Source: a virus. Taken from it: 64,000 nucleotides of DNA. This document shows, piece by piece, positions 23,901-34,442 of the stretch. Both the position numbers and the translations under genes were made by a program. Numbering within the stretch: the stretch's first letter is position 1; every line of letters begins with the position of its first letter. The notes beneath the pieces are model-generated. The model saw only the letters and a list, made by a program, of their open reading frames with translations. It did no database searches and was not told the DNA's origin. The stretch spans positions 1 to 64,000 of the IMG/VR virus record IMGVR_UViG_3300020172_001416; one strand, written 5' to 3'.

Positions 23901-24981
23901 ACAAGCTCTCACCTACGACGATATCCAACTTATCCCTGCGTTTTCGGATATTGAATCTCGTCAGAATATTGACCTCACAACTAAACTAACAACTAATTAT
24001 AGTATTAGGGTTCCATTCGTCGCATCTCCTATGGACACGGTTTGTGATAGTGAAATGGCAATCGCAATGGCAGAACTAGGTGGAGTGGGTATCATTCACC
24101 GGTTTATGACGATTGAAGAACAAGGTGCACAAGTACATCGTGTAAAGATGGCTGTTGATGCCGGTATTGCGGTGACCTATTTTGCAAACATAGATAATAT
24201 GAGTGGTCTTGAAGAAATGGAGGCACAATATAGAAGAAGGCGGCAAGTTCCAATCGCCGCAGCAATCGGTGCAAACGGTGACTATTTTGAACGAGCATTT
24301 GAGTTGGTTACTAAGGGTGCGAATATTATCTTGATTGACGTAGCACACGGATATCACACGTTTGTTCGTGATGCGTTAATGAGACTAAAAAAAGAACTTC
24401 CGTCTAACGTTGATATTATCGCAGGAAATGTTGCTACTGGTAAGGCAGCACTAGCACTTCAAGATTGGGGAGCCGACGCAGTTCGTGTTGGAATCGGCGG
24501 TGGCTCACTTTGTACGACTCGTATCAAGACGGGGTTCGGTGTTCCGAATGTAACATCACTTGAAGATTGCGCTCGTCAACTCACCGTTCCAGTTCTTGCC
24601 TGTGGCGGAATCAGAAATAGTGGTGACATTGCAAAGGCACTTGGTCTTGGAGCGAGTTCGGTGATTCTCGGGTCACTTCTAGCAGGAACAAAAGAAGCAC
24701 CGGGTGCTATAATTGAAAAGTCAACTGGACTATATAAGCGGTATCGTGGAGCCGCCTCGTTGGAAACGAAGAGTGTTCACGGGCAAGCAAAGAGAAATGT
24801 GGAAGGAGAATCAACTATCGTACCTTTCAAGGGTAAGGTAAAGTTCGTTGTGGATGGACTAACAGATGGATTACGTTCTGCTCTGTCGTATGCTGGAGCA
24901 CGAAATCTTGAAGAGTTTATCCCAGAATATGTGGTGGTCACCAATGCAGGTATGGCAGAGGCAAAACCACACTTACTATAA
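23881..24981 (+). CDS. guaB: IMP dehydrogenase (CBS-less; IMPDH/GMPR family)
   Basis: [58 protein letters not shown]. Confidence 0.9.
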   Translation: MTSLHGKQALTYDDIQLIPAFSDIESRQNIDLTTKLTTNYSIRVPFVASPMDTVCDSEMAIAMAELGGVGIIHRFMTIEEQGAQVHRVKMAVDAGIAVTYFANIDNMSGLEEMEAQYRRRRQVPIAAAIGANGDYFERAFELVTKGANIILIDVAHGYHTFVRDALMRLKKELPSNVDIIAGNVATGKAALALQDWGADAVRVGIGGGSLCTTRIKTGFGVPNVTSLEDCARQLTVPVLACGGIRNSGDIAKALGLGASSVILGSLLAGTKEAPGAIIEKSTGLYKRYRGAASLETKSVHGQAKRNVEGESTIVPFKGKVKFVVDGLTDGLRSALSYAGARNLEEFIPEYVVVTNAGMAEAKPHLL

Positions 24982-24993
24982 CCGGAGGAACCT

Positions 24994-25521
24994 ATGAAAT
25001 ACCTCTCTGTGGTAGTAATAGCATTAATGGTTATAGCAGCCGGTACAGCAAAGACAGTATATGTTCCCGATGGTGTAGTGCGGTCAGAACCGACTGAATT
25101 GGAAAAGTTTCTTGACCACATGGCTCAACGGGAAAGTGACAATACCCCAAATGTAGTCAATAAGTTTGGGATGATGGGTAAATACCAATTTGACCCAAGA
25201 ACAGTTAAGGTCTTGGGGTTTCGGGTGTCAAAGAATCAATTCCTGCGTAATCCTCAATTACAGGACAGCGTAATGGTAAGCTATATGAGAGCAAATAACT
25301 CTCTACTGGACCGTATTATCGAAAATTACGAAGGTCGGAAGTTTAAGGGTATCAAAATCACCCGTTCTGGTGTTCTGGCTGCCGCTCATTTGGCTGGTGC
25401 TGGTAATGTTAAAAAGTATTTTACGGACGGGGACATGCACGGTAGGACGGATGCAAATGGTACGTCAATACGGGACTACTTGCAGGAATTCAACAAGTAT
25501 AAACTAAGGGAAACTTTCTAA
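24994..25521 (+). CDS. exported lysozyme-like/lytic transglycosylase
   Basis: Signal peptide; AQRES..GKYQF..LAAAHLAG. Confidence 0.7.
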   Translation: MKYLSVVVIALMVIAAGTAKTVYVPDGVVRSEPTELEKFLDHMAQRESDNTPNVVNKFGMMGKYQFDPRTVKVLGFRVSKNQFLRNPQLQDSVMVSYMRANNSLLDRIIENYEGRKFKGIKITRSGVLAAAHLAGAGNVKKYFTDGDMHGRTDANGTSIRDYLQEFNKYKLRETF

Positions 25522-25814
25522 TGTTAATTTTTTTGGTCGTGATCTTGACAATTCTTGTCACAGCGTTATCTTTCGCAACATATAACTTGTTAAAGAAAAA
25601 CGAAAGGATGGAAGACGCAATTAATCAGTTTTACGGTCGCACAAATGCTACCGTAAGACTGATGCGTAGTTTAGATAGTCGTCAAATGTTTGAACAAGAC
25701 GACGAAGTAGGAGCCGTTTTTAAACAATTGGTAGAATGCACAGATTTACTTTATGCATTCGTTACGGAGATACGTAATGGCAACAGTAACATCAACGAAG
25801 AAGAAGAGCGATAA
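25521..25814 (+). CDS. membrane-anchored hypothetical protein
   Basis: N-terminal TM; coupled start. Confidence 0.7.
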   Translation: MLIFLVVILTILVTALSFATYNLLKKNERMEDAINQFYGRTNATVRLMRSLDSRQMFEQDDEVGAVFKQLVECTDLLYAFVTEIRNGNSNINEEEER

Positions 25815-26523
25815 GGTATATTTTACAGAAGATACTGAAAAGGCGATAATCGCATACAACAAGTCTACAGATTTAGACGAACGAGAACAAATATTTAGAA
25901 GTAAAATTCAAAGACCGCTTGATAAACTAGCAGAGAATGTTATCAATCGGTTCAAATTTCCATATATGGAGGGTACCTTCGACGAAATTAAGGCGCAGGT
26001 AGTCTCCTTTCTGGTTATCAATTTACATAAATTTACCGAAGATAAGGGTAAAGCGTTCTCATACTTCAGTGTAATCGCAAAAAATTATCTTATATTACAT
26101 AACAATAACTCATATAAGGAAGAAAAGCGAGTATTGTACTTCTCAGACCAAACTGAAGAGTCGTTTACTTTGGAGGAAATGCTAATAGTAGAGCCGGAAA
26201 CCCGTGACTCTACGGTAGATATGAAAGAATTTCTCCGTCTTTTGGTAGACTATTGGGAATTCAACACAACAAAGATATTCAAGAAAAAGCGTGACATAGA
26301 AATTGCTTCTGCTATCGTAAAACTTATCGAACGTATTGATAATATCGATAATTTTAACAAGAAAGCTCTTTATTTGATGGTTCGGGAGATGACTAATTAT
26401 AAAACTGCTCACATTACCAAGGTCATCAATAAGATGCGTCCGCATATTATTAGAATGTTGGGAGAATTTAGACGCAACGGACATTTATCAGACCCATCCC
26501 ACTATTTCTCGTATAAAAAGTAA
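25777..26523 (+). CDS. gp55-like late sigma factor
   Basis: YFT..AIIAYN..KLAENVIN..LHKFTEDKGKAFSYFSVIAKNYLI sigma region-2-like motif; precedes the structural block. Confidence 0.7.
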   Translation: MATVTSTKKKSDKVYFTEDTEKAIIAYNKSTDLDEREQIFRSKIQRPLDKLAENVINRFKFPYMEGTFDEIKAQVVSFLVINLHKFTEDKGKAFSYFSVIAKNYLILHNNNSYKEEKRVLYFSDQTEESFTLEEMLIVEPETRDSTVDMKEFLRLLVDYWEFNTTKIFKKKRDIEIASAIVKLIERIDNIDNFNKKALYLMVREMTNYKTAHITKVINKMRPHIIRMLGEFRRNGHLSDPSHYFSYKK

Positions 26524-26562
26524 ATCCTATCTATTTATAATATAGGATTTTAGGGGGTCTTT

Positions 26563-26949
26563 ATGGATATCAATTCCGAACTGTATGATGGGAAAAGTCT
26601 AGCCGACATTTTCTCAGAAATTCACAAAAATACCGACAGTAAACGGGCACAAATCAACTCGTTTATCATGAAAATGGTCCAACTCATCCGTACTCCAGAA
26701 GATGCGGCTGTGATTGGACCAATTGTGCAGGGATTCTTAGAAGTGAATGTCAAGAACGATGAACACTTGGTCCGTGTTGCACAAATTGCCCAACGCATCG
26801 TATCGGTTGGCGTCAAGTCTAATGCTTCTCTAGACGGATTATTGTCAGAAGAAGAAAAGAATGCACTGTTAAAGGATATCAACGTCGAAATCCAAGGACT
26901 TCAAGAAGATGTGAAGGACTTGGATGATGTGTTTGCAGAGAAGAGCTAA
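26563..26949 (+). CDS. hypothetical protein
   Basis: ORF after late-promoter hairpin. Confidence 0.75.
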   Translation: MDINSELYDGKSLADIFSEIHKNTDSKRAQINSFIMKMVQLIRTPEDAAVIGPIVQGFLEVNVKNDEHLVRVAQIAQRIVSVGVKSNASLDGLLSEEEKNALLKDINVEIQGLQEDVKDLDDVFAEKS

Positions 26950-28325
26950 TGTCATCATTTGGACCGATATCGTACAATATTGATATCAACCAACTGGGAG
27001 CTTCACAGTTCCCACGGTTTTCTATCACACAACCAACACCGTATCAAGATGGCTTGGTAGAAGATGTGATTTTAAACGAACTACACCCACAGTATGCGGC
27101 AGACGGTAGTAATGTTGGTATGGTTCAAGTTAGATTTATTCCTAGTGATAGAGGCGTGCCGAAGGAAAAATTAAACTGGGCGGCTCCGATTGATTCTAGT
27201 ATACGTGAATATCCCTTAAAAAATGAACTGGTATTGGTATTTTATTCCCTCGGTCGTTTATTCTATACTCGCAGAATTAATTCAACTAATAAAATTACTG
27301 AAAGTTCTTGGCCTGGATTAAGTCAACGGTTTTCGCCCACCGAACCAAGTCAAAATCAGAGTGATGCGGCCCAGTTAGCGGCTCAAGGTGGAACCGCATA
27401 CAGACCGTGGGGAAGTCAGCAACAGTTTAGTTTGGGTGATGAATTTAGCGAAAATCCAACAGTTCGTATGGTTCGACCGAACGAGGGTGATTTAATTGTA
27501 CAAGGTAGATTTGGTAATATTATTAGATTTGGTTCAAGTCTATTTAGTAACCCAAACACTAACACTCCACAGCCAAATATACTGTTAACCGTTGGGCAGA
27601 GTCCAAATAAAATTACATCGATAGACATTAATAGAGACGGTACGCAAGAAACCGTAGTAGGTGGGACGTATGGATTAACCTACGAGGATATTAATAAGGA
27701 TAAAAGCACTATTTGGATGGTTACCGATGAGCAGGTGGGATTTGCGGCCGCAACGTTGGATAGTCCGGCCCATCTTAGGTCATCAGAAAACCAAAATTCA
27801 AACGTTTATACCGGAGCACAGGTATTCATAAACTCCGATAGATTAGTTCTAAACAGTAAAATTAATGAAATTTCCCTATTTTCTAAGGCAGAAATCAACC
27901 TTAGTGCAGTAAAGTCGATAACACTAGATTCTCAAGAATCGGTAAGAATGACGACAGATAGAGATATTAAGCTACAGGCATATAACGACGTGTTGATTAA
28001 AGGACGTACGGTATCTGTTGTGGCGTCAAACGATATATCCTACGGAACGTCAGGAAACTACATAATATCGGGTAAAAAGATATTTATAGGTTCGGGGCAA
28101 GACGAAACACAACCAATGGTTTTGGGCGGACAGTTATCTGTGTTTTTAAAGAACGTGGTATCTGCCTTACGAGATATAAGTATTTCATTTGTACCATCAC
28201 CAACCGCCGCGGCGTCTGCTACAAGATTGGCAACAACATTAGTACAGCTGACAGCGGACATCTCGTTAGGTAAGGGAGCGTCTTTTAATAGTACAAGTAA
28301 TTTTACTTCAAAAACCAATGACTGA
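26949..28325 (+). CDS. baseplate hub/central spike (gp5/GpV-like)
   Basis: OB-fold-like YPLKNELV, EGDLIVQGRFGNIIRFGS, beta-helix-like C-terminus ..IFIG..QPMVLG. Confidence 0.65.
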   Translation: MSSFGPISYNIDINQLGASQFPRFSITQPTPYQDGLVEDVILNELHPQYAADGSNVGMVQVRFIPSDRGVPKEKLNWAAPIDSSIREYPLKNELVLVFYSLGRLFYTRRINSTNKITESSWPGLSQRFSPTEPSQNQSDAAQLAAQGGTAYRPWGSQQQFSLGDEFSENPTVRMVRPNEGDLIVQGRFGNIIRFGSSLFSNPNTNTPQPNILLTVGQSPNKITSIDINRDGTQETVVGGTYGLTYEDINKDKSTIWMVTDEQVGFAAATLDSPAHLRSSENQNSNVYTGAQVFINSDRLVLNSKINEISLFSKAEINLSAVKSITLDSQESVRMTTDRDIKLQAYNDVLIKGRTVSVVASNDISYGTSGNYIISGKKIFIGSGQDETQPMVLGGQLSVFLKNVVSALRDISISFVPSPTAAASATRLATTLVQLTADISLGKGASFNSTSNFTSKTND

Positions 28326-28327
28326 TT

Positions 28328-28780
28328 ATGGCAATACCAAGTAATTTTTTACCAAACAATGCAGTCAGTTTACAAAATACGTCTGCGTCGGCAGCAGAAA
28401 TTAGATTAGGTTTTCAACCTGTGCTTGATAATATTGTACCACCAAGTACATTTGTAAGTGGAAGTTTGGACGAAGCAAGAACTAAAGCACTAAACGCGGC
28501 TCAGATATATACGAATTCGCTACCTACAGCCCCAACGATTCCATCGTTTCCACTAAGTACTCCAGCGTTTCCTCCAAAACGGCCGTCGTTCGCAGAAATT
28601 AAAAATTATGTTGAAACAAGAATAGAAAGTATAAACATTAAACGACAACAAGAGTCGGTAACTGCACATAAGGAAACGCTTAAAGCACAAGAAAATCCAT
28701 TTACCTATAGACAATCACTTAAAACTACAAAACAATCTACGATGGAAAATGTGGTTCTCGGAAGATTTAATACCAAATAG
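28328..28780 (+). CDS. hypothetical virion protein
   Basis: ORF in baseplate operon. Confidence 0.65.
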   Translation: MAIPSNFLPNNAVSLQNTSASAAEIRLGFQPVLDNIVPPSTFVSGSLDEARTKALNAAQIYTNSLPTAPTIPSFPLSTPAFPPKRPSFAEIKNYVETRIESINIKRQQESVTAHKETLKAQENPFTYRQSLKTTKQSTMENVVLGRFNTK

Positions 28781-28790
28781 AGGATAATAT

Positions 28791-29120
28791 ATGGACAAAG
28801 CATTATTTCGGGCATATGTCAAAGAACTTGTAAAGGAAGCTGTGGAAGATGAAGTAAAGAAGGTTCTTCCTAAGTTATTAGAAGAAGCTGTTGCCGAAGT
28901 AAAAACTTTACAAGAAACAGCATCGCCATCACAAAAGTCAAAGTTCTCACGCTCTCAATTAGCTGAAATGATGGGATTAGAACGTAACGGAGATACTATT
29001 GTGGCAAAAACTGGTAAAATAATGCCAGTTCCTCCTGGCATGACAGAAGACAATCCAGCAGTTCAAGCAATTAACAAAGATTATTCCCAAGTTATGAAGG
29101 CTATGGGGTTGAGTAAGTAA
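28791..29120 (+). CDS. hypothetical protein
   Basis: GAGG SD; FRAYVKELVKEAV N-terminal motif. Confidence 0.75.
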   Translation: MDKALFRAYVKELVKEAVEDEVKKVLPKLLEEAVAEVKTLQETASPSQKSKFSRSQLAEMMGLERNGDTIVAKTGKIMPVPPGMTEDNPAVQAINKDYSQVMKAMGLSK

Positions 29121-29121
29121 T

Positions 29122-29583
29122 ATGGCACAAAAGTTCATTGGTGTAACTCTTCCGTTACGGCTTGGCCAAACAGGAATGTTTGAACAATCCACATCCGTTA
29201 TCCAACAAGTACGGGCAAATTTTAAAAATTTGATTCTTACTAAAAAAGGAGAACGGTTGGGACATCCTGATTTGGGATGCGATTTATGGAAAATTTTGTT
29301 TGAACCAATGACTGATGATACGTTAGAACGTGCTAGACTGGCTGTGGTAGAGGCTGTAGATCGTTGGTTACCATTCATTGAACTCACGGATTTTCAAATC
29401 ACTAAATCAGATGCGGAAAATTCTTTAAATATAAATTGTATATATAGATTTAGAAGTAATCCAAATGTGACGGACCAGGTAGCAATATCCACGGCAGCAT
29501 TAGGTGCACCGGCAGTTGCGTTTCCATTTGAACCAAGTTCTGTAGTACGTACGACCACACCAAGAAATAGAAACAGATTATAA
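29122..29583 (+). CDS. baseplate wedge subunit gp25-like
   Basis: NLILTKKGERLGHPDLGCDLWKILFEP..RWLPFI. Confidence 0.9.
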   Translation: MAQKFIGVTLPLRLGQTGMFEQSTSVIQQVRANFKNLILTKKGERLGHPDLGCDLWKILFEPMTDDTLERARLAVVEAVDRWLPFIELTDFQITKSDAENSLNINCIYRFRSNPNVTDQVAISTAALGAPAVAFPFEPSSVVRTTTPRNRNRL

Positions 29584-29607
29584 GATAGACCTACTTTGGA
29601 GTTTTAA

Positions 29608-31530
29608 ATGTCAAGTAATCAACCGGTAGTTATACAACCTCGTCCGAATGTCAAGCAGATTAATTACATCTCAAAGACATTTACTGACTTTCGGCAAAAC
29701 TTAATAGAGTTTGCAAAGGCATATTATCCAAATACGTACTCCGACTTCAATGAAACATCGCCTGGTATGATGTTTATTGAAATGGCTTCGTATGTGGGTG
29801 ACGTATTGTCATTTTATATTGACAACCAATTTAAGGAAAATCTATTAACATACGCAGAACAACCAGAAAACGTGGTGTCTATCGCACAATTCTTGGGATA
29901 CAAGCCAAAGTTAATTTATCCAGCAAGTGTCGTTACAACATTATACCAATTAGCACCAGCGGTCTTGCAAAACGGAGTATATGTTCCCGACCCAAAATAT
30001 CTCCTAAAAGTTGCAAGAGGTAGTGCGTTTACAACCTCGGGACAATCATCAATTCAATTTAGATTGGTTGAAGATGTCAACTTTACTGACATCACTAGTG
30101 AAAATTACATTGTTAATACGTTTAGTGGTGGAAATCCATCAACATTCATTGTAAGTAAGACGGCAAAACTCGTAGCAGCAACAGAAAAGACCACACAGTT
30201 TACCTTTGGAACGGCTCAAAAGTTCACATCGGTATTGATGCCAGATGAAAATGTTATTGGAATAGAAAGTGTGGTCGATTCCGATAATAATACGTGGTAT
30301 GAAGTCGATTATCTTGCACAAGACGTTATTATGAGTGACGTAGAAGTAACTGCAAACAGTGAAACTGGTGCATTACCATCTGCTAAGTTGCGCTTAAAGA
30401 AAGTTCCGCGGAGATTTGTAACCAGAGTTAATAGAGAGTTCCGTATGGAATTATCATTTGGTTCTGGCACAGACGATGCCGCAGAGTTAGATTTAACTCT
30501 TGATTCTCGTCAAGTGGCAACTTCTCAATACGGGACAACTATTGAAAGTGCGCTGGGTAACGTTGCAATCAACAATGTAAATTTCTTGACAAGTAATGCA
30601 TACGGAATATCACCAGCAAATACAACATTAACTGTGACATATTTGGTTGGTGGTGGTGTGGAAAGTAATACTCCATCAAATACAATTAATGTTGTGTCTG
30701 AGCTAATTACCTTAAACGATACAACAGACTATTCTACCGCTGAACTTAGTGCATTTAACGCAGCAGTGCAAACAGTAACTATTACAAATGATTTACCTGC
30801 GACTGGTGGTGGAGACGGTGAATCGTTAGACGAAATTCGACAAAATGCACTAGCGTTCTTCAACGCACAAAATCGTGCAGTTACCGCAGAAGATTACGCA
30901 GTACGAGCATACTCATTACCAGCAAAATATGGCCGTATTGCAAAGGCATATGCGATTCGTGATGAACAAATTAATAGAATTTTAGCAGCAAATAATGAAA
31001 GAACATATGTAGAAAACCCAGTAAAGCCCAACTCTATCAACTTATACACGTTGGGGTACGATACAAACGGTAATTTTGCAACACTGAATACTGTAACAAA
31101 AGATAATTTGGCCCGATATTTAGAACAATTTAGATTATTAACAGACGATGTTAACATTCTTGATGCGTTCGTAATTAATATTGGGGTACAATTTGACATA
31201 TCTGTTCTTAGAAACTACAATGTAAACGATGTTTTAGCACGCAGTATTGGCACGGTACAAGAATTCTTTAATATTGATAGATGGAATATAAACCAACCAA
31301 TTGTTTTAGCTGATATCTCATATGCTATTGGGTTAGTAGATGGAGTACAATCGGTTCGTGGTGTTAGAATCTTCAACAAGTATCAATTTAGAGATGGTGC
31401 AAACTATCAAAACTATCGATATGACATTGATGAAGCCACGATTAACGGAGTTATCTACCCAAGTCTTGACCCAAGTATATTTGAGTTGAAGTATCCACAA
31501 ACTGACATTATAGGGAACGCAACACAATGA
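29608..31530 (+). CDS. baseplate wedge subunit gp6-like
   Basis: FTDFRQNL..YSDFNE..SYVGDVLSFY..GYKP; GGGDGESLDEIR..AQNRAVTAEDY. Confidence 0.9.
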   Translation: MSSNQPVVIQPRPNVKQINYISKTFTDFRQNLIEFAKAYYPNTYSDFNETSPGMMFIEMASYVGDVLSFYIDNQFKENLLTYAEQPENVVSIAQFLGYKPKLIYPASVVTTLYQLAPAVLQNGVYVPDPKYLLKVARGSAFTTSGQSSIQFRLVEDVNFTDITSENYIVNTFSGGNPSTFIVSKTAKLVAATEKTTQFTFGTAQKFTSVLMPDENVIGIESVVDSDNNTWYEVDYLAQDVIMSDVEVTANSETGALPSAKLRLKKVPRRFVTRVNREFRMELSFGSGTDDAAELDLTLDSRQVATSQYGTTIESALGNVAINNVNFLTSNAYGISPANTTLTVTYLVGGGVESNTPSNTINVVSELITLNDTTDYSTAELSAFNAAVQTVTITNDLPATGGGDGESLDEIRQNALAFFNAQNRAVTAEDYAVRAYSLPAKYGRIAKAYAIRDEQINRILAANNERTYVENPVKPNSINLYTLGYDTNGNFATLNTVTKDNLARYLEQFRLLTDDVNILDAFVINIGVQFDISVLRNYNVNDVLARSIGTVQEFFNIDRWNINQPIVLADISYAIGLVDGVQSVRGVRIFNKYQFRDGANYQNYRYDIDEATINGVIYPSLDPSIFELKYPQTDIIGNATQ

Positions 31531-32573
31531 GAAAAATATTAACTGCCAGTAAGGACACGACTCTTTATCAAGCATATCCAACGAATAATGCTGGGTTAGA
31601 TGAAATTTTAGAAATTGGTAAAGTTATCAACACTAGTGTAGACTTTACTAGTTCTACCGCATATGCTACTGGGTCGGCGCGTTCCTTAATTTATTTTGAT
31701 TTACCAACTACACAAACGGTACCATCTACCGCTAATTTCTTTTTAAATTTAAAACTAGCAAATGCTAACAATGTAAAAAGAAATCAAAAAATTATCATTT
31801 ATAAGGTATCTCGATCGTGGGACGAAGGTAGTGGATTTTTCTATCAAAATGTAGAAAATGTAAATGATGGTGCAACATGGAGACAACTTGGTACTGCAAC
31901 GTCATGGAGTTTAGCAGGAGGTGACTTCCTAACAACCTCTACTTCAGCAAGCTTAACGTTGTCAACATATCCATTACAAGACATTCGACTTGACGTTACA
32001 AGTATCCTCCAACCAATCGTCAGTCAATCTCTCCAAAACACATTTTATGGATTGGCTTTACAATTTCCGACAACGGATGAACAAGATACTACAAACAAGG
32101 GAAATATTAAAATATTCTCTACCCAAACACACACGATTCACCAACCTACATTGGAAGTAGCATGGGATAATCAAAGTTTTGTTACTGGAAGTTTAGCAGC
32201 TATTCCGTCTACTTTAAATGTTAAAATAGCTCCAACAAACTTAAAAGAAACATACACCAAGGGTGATATTACTAAAATAAATCTTGTCGTTCGTGATGAA
32301 TATCCATTACGTTCATTTGATAGTACTTTGCGATACAAAAACAAATATTATCTTCCAACATCATCGTACTACTCCATCGTGGATACACAAAGTAATACTA
32401 CTGTTATCGGATTCGACGACTACAGCAAGATTAGTACCGATGCAACGGGGTCTTATATCGTACTTGATACCACTCCATTATACTCTGGTAGATTCTATAC
32501 ATTAAAATTAAAGATTAACTCTGGGGATTATTCAAGAGTAATTGACACAGAAACACTATTTAAAGTTGAATAG
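31527..32573 (+). CDS. virion protein with DNRLRE/disaggregatase-like domain
   Basis: KDTTLY..N.G.DEILEI..RSLIYFDL..SWDEG..ATW..GGDF. Confidence 0.6.
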   Translation: MRKILTASKDTTLYQAYPTNNAGLDEILEIGKVINTSVDFTSSTAYATGSARSLIYFDLPTTQTVPSTANFFLNLKLANANNVKRNQKIIIYKVSRSWDEGSGFFYQNVENVNDGATWRQLGTATSWSLAGGDFLTTSTSASLTLSTYPLQDIRLDVTSILQPIVSQSLQNTFYGLALQFPTTDEQDTTNKGNIKIFSTQTHTIHQPTLEVAWDNQSFVTGSLAAIPSTLNVKIAPTNLKETYTKGDITKINLVVRDEYPLRSFDSTLRYKNKYYLPTSSYYSIVDTQSNTTVIGFDDYSKISTDATGSYIVLDTTPLYSGRFYTLKLKINSGDYSRVIDTETLFKVE

Positions 32574-32576
32574 TTT

Positions 32577-32846
32577 ATGACCATCTCAATCGTAAATACA
32601 CCAAATCCAGATAGCTCTAGTATCTCAAACAAAGAAATTATAGATTTGTCTATATCTTTGTTTGATGTGTCCGCGTCTGGACATAGTGGGTCGGTAGTGA
32701 CTAACTACTCCTCCACTGGTCAAGTTGTGGTCGTTGGTAGTTCAAATCCAACGGGTAGTACCTACTATACCCCAATATACAAAGAAAAGTTGGATTATAA
32801 TGTATGGGCTAGTAGAATTAATAAAAATTTCCAAGAGCTTAACTAA
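32577..32846 (+). CDS. hypothetical virion protein
   Basis: ORF in operon, Ser-rich. Confidence 0.65.
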   Translation: MTISIVNTPNPDSSSISNKEIIDLSISLFDVSASGHSGSVVTNYSSTGQVVVVGSSNPTGSTYYTPIYKEKLDYNVWASRINKNFQELN

Positions 32847-33718
32847 TGGCAAATCAAAAGAATTTTAAGACTAATATCAACCAAGTATTGCAACAGTATA
32901 GCAAATATACTGTTTCTCGTGTTATTGGTAACAAGGCAGATGACTTGTTGGATATGGAAGTTCCCGCAGATTTTTCAGAAGCTTTATTAGAAAATAATAT
33001 TGAAATTAACGTATATAGTTTGGCAGATAATAGTCTAATATTTTCTGACTTTATCCCAAACAACAGTCAAGCAATTCGTACAGAAACATTACAATATCCA
33101 GACAATACAAAACGTAACCTACTGTACATAGACTTTTCAAAACTACCAGAGTTACTTCTACCAGTTGGGCAGTATGAAGTTACACTAAACTTTTTTGCAA
33201 ATGAAGTCGGTACATATGATGACCGAATTTTAAAAATAAATAAAATTTCACCATCAAGAAAAGAAGTAGAATTAAAACTTACTGACTTAACTAAGCAATC
33301 AACGCTAGAACAGTTTGCTATTCCACGTATCAGCGTAACTTGGATAGAACCAGTATTGAAGCAAATCTTTAATCAACCAAATTCGGACGGACTTAATGTA
33401 CCGGCAAGCTCTGTTAAAATTGATAGTTCTACTATCTATAAAAACTTTGACAGTGGGTCCGGACAACGGCTAGTTCAGTATGGGTTTGATGAGGACAGTG
33501 GCACACAAATAGGCATCAATACGATTGCACAAAATGTATTAAACAACGCATATCCACTGGCATTGAAATCAGTTCAAACTTTAATTTCTTCGGGAAGTAC
33601 ATCATTTACAGAAACACAATTAGATACTATTGTGATTGAAGCTATTGATATAGCATACGACAGCGCATTAGAAGATGAAAAGAATAATCCACAACGTTAC
33701 CGGTTTGATTTAATATGA
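32846..33718 (+). CDS. baseplate-associated structural protein
   Basis: KISPSRKEVEL motif; translationally coupled. Confidence 0.6.
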   Translation: MANQKNFKTNINQVLQQYSKYTVSRVIGNKADDLLDMEVPADFSEALLENNIEINVYSLADNSLIFSDFIPNNSQAIRTETLQYPDNTKRNLLYIDFSKLPELLLPVGQYEVTLNFFANEVGTYDDRILKINKISPSRKEVELKLTDLTKQSTLEQFAIPRISVTWIEPVLKQIFNQPNSDGLNVPASSVKIDSSTIYKNFDSGSGQRLVQYGFDEDSGTQIGINTIAQNVLNNAYPLALKSVQTLISSGSTSFTETQLDTIVIEAIDIAYDSALEDEKNNPQRYRFDLI

Positions 33719-34437
33719 GTGCGTATAATATCCGTGAAAAGTTTTCTTATGCAATCGCATCAAGTAGTATAGATTACATCAGAAACTATAACTTTAATTC
33801 TGCGACGGTATCAGATATTCCGTTGTCTATGGTAAATTCTGATAGTGAAATACCAATTACTGTTAATATGACTGCCACCGTACCGTGGATACGTATTGTA
33901 GACCCAAATACGGGTAACAATTTACGCTATCCAAATGGGAATGTTGTCTTACAACCAAGTAGTAGTGCGGTTGTATTAGTCAAGTTAGACTTACCTTCTG
34001 ACATAGAAAATACACCAGAATCTATTTTATATCCAAATATTAATCTAGAAATTAAGTCTGGAAGCTTTCCTATTATTTTACCAAGTTCTACCGCACTTCC
34101 TAAGAATGTAATAGTTACACAAAACGATATTTATACCATAGACGTAGGTGAGCGAGTAGAAGTAAATATCTGTGTTTACGATATCGACGGTAACCAAGAT
34201 ACATCTGCGATAGTGGAGTGGAATTCAAATAATATGAGTATTGTGCAAGTAGAACCACCACAAAATACTCAAGTTGATTATAATCCATATACTCCAAGAA
34301 TTGTTCGTGGAATTTCGCCGGGACAAACTACTGTGGTTGTTGACGCTGGAGATAGTAGAACAACTACTATTAGGTTTACAGTTAGAGAACCGTTCTCTGA
34401 TGGTAGTAACAACACCGATACAACTTCTCAACCCTAA
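33715..34437 (+). CDS. structural protein with Ig-like (Big_2-like) domain
   Basis: VEWNSNNMSIVQV..VRGISPGQTTVVV. Confidence 0.6.
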   Translation: MSAYNIREKFSYAIASSSIDYIRNYNFNSATVSDIPLSMVNSDSEIPITVNMTATVPWIRIVDPNTGNNLRYPNGNVVLQPSSSAVVLVKLDLPSDIENTPESILYPNINLEIKSGSFPIILPSSTALPKNVIVTQNDIYTIDVGERVEVNICVYDIDGNQDTSAIVEWNSNNMSIVQVEPPQNTQVDYNPYTPRIVRGISPGQTTVVVDAGDSRTTTIRFTVREPFSDGSNNTDTTSQP

Positions 34438-34442
34438 TTCAT

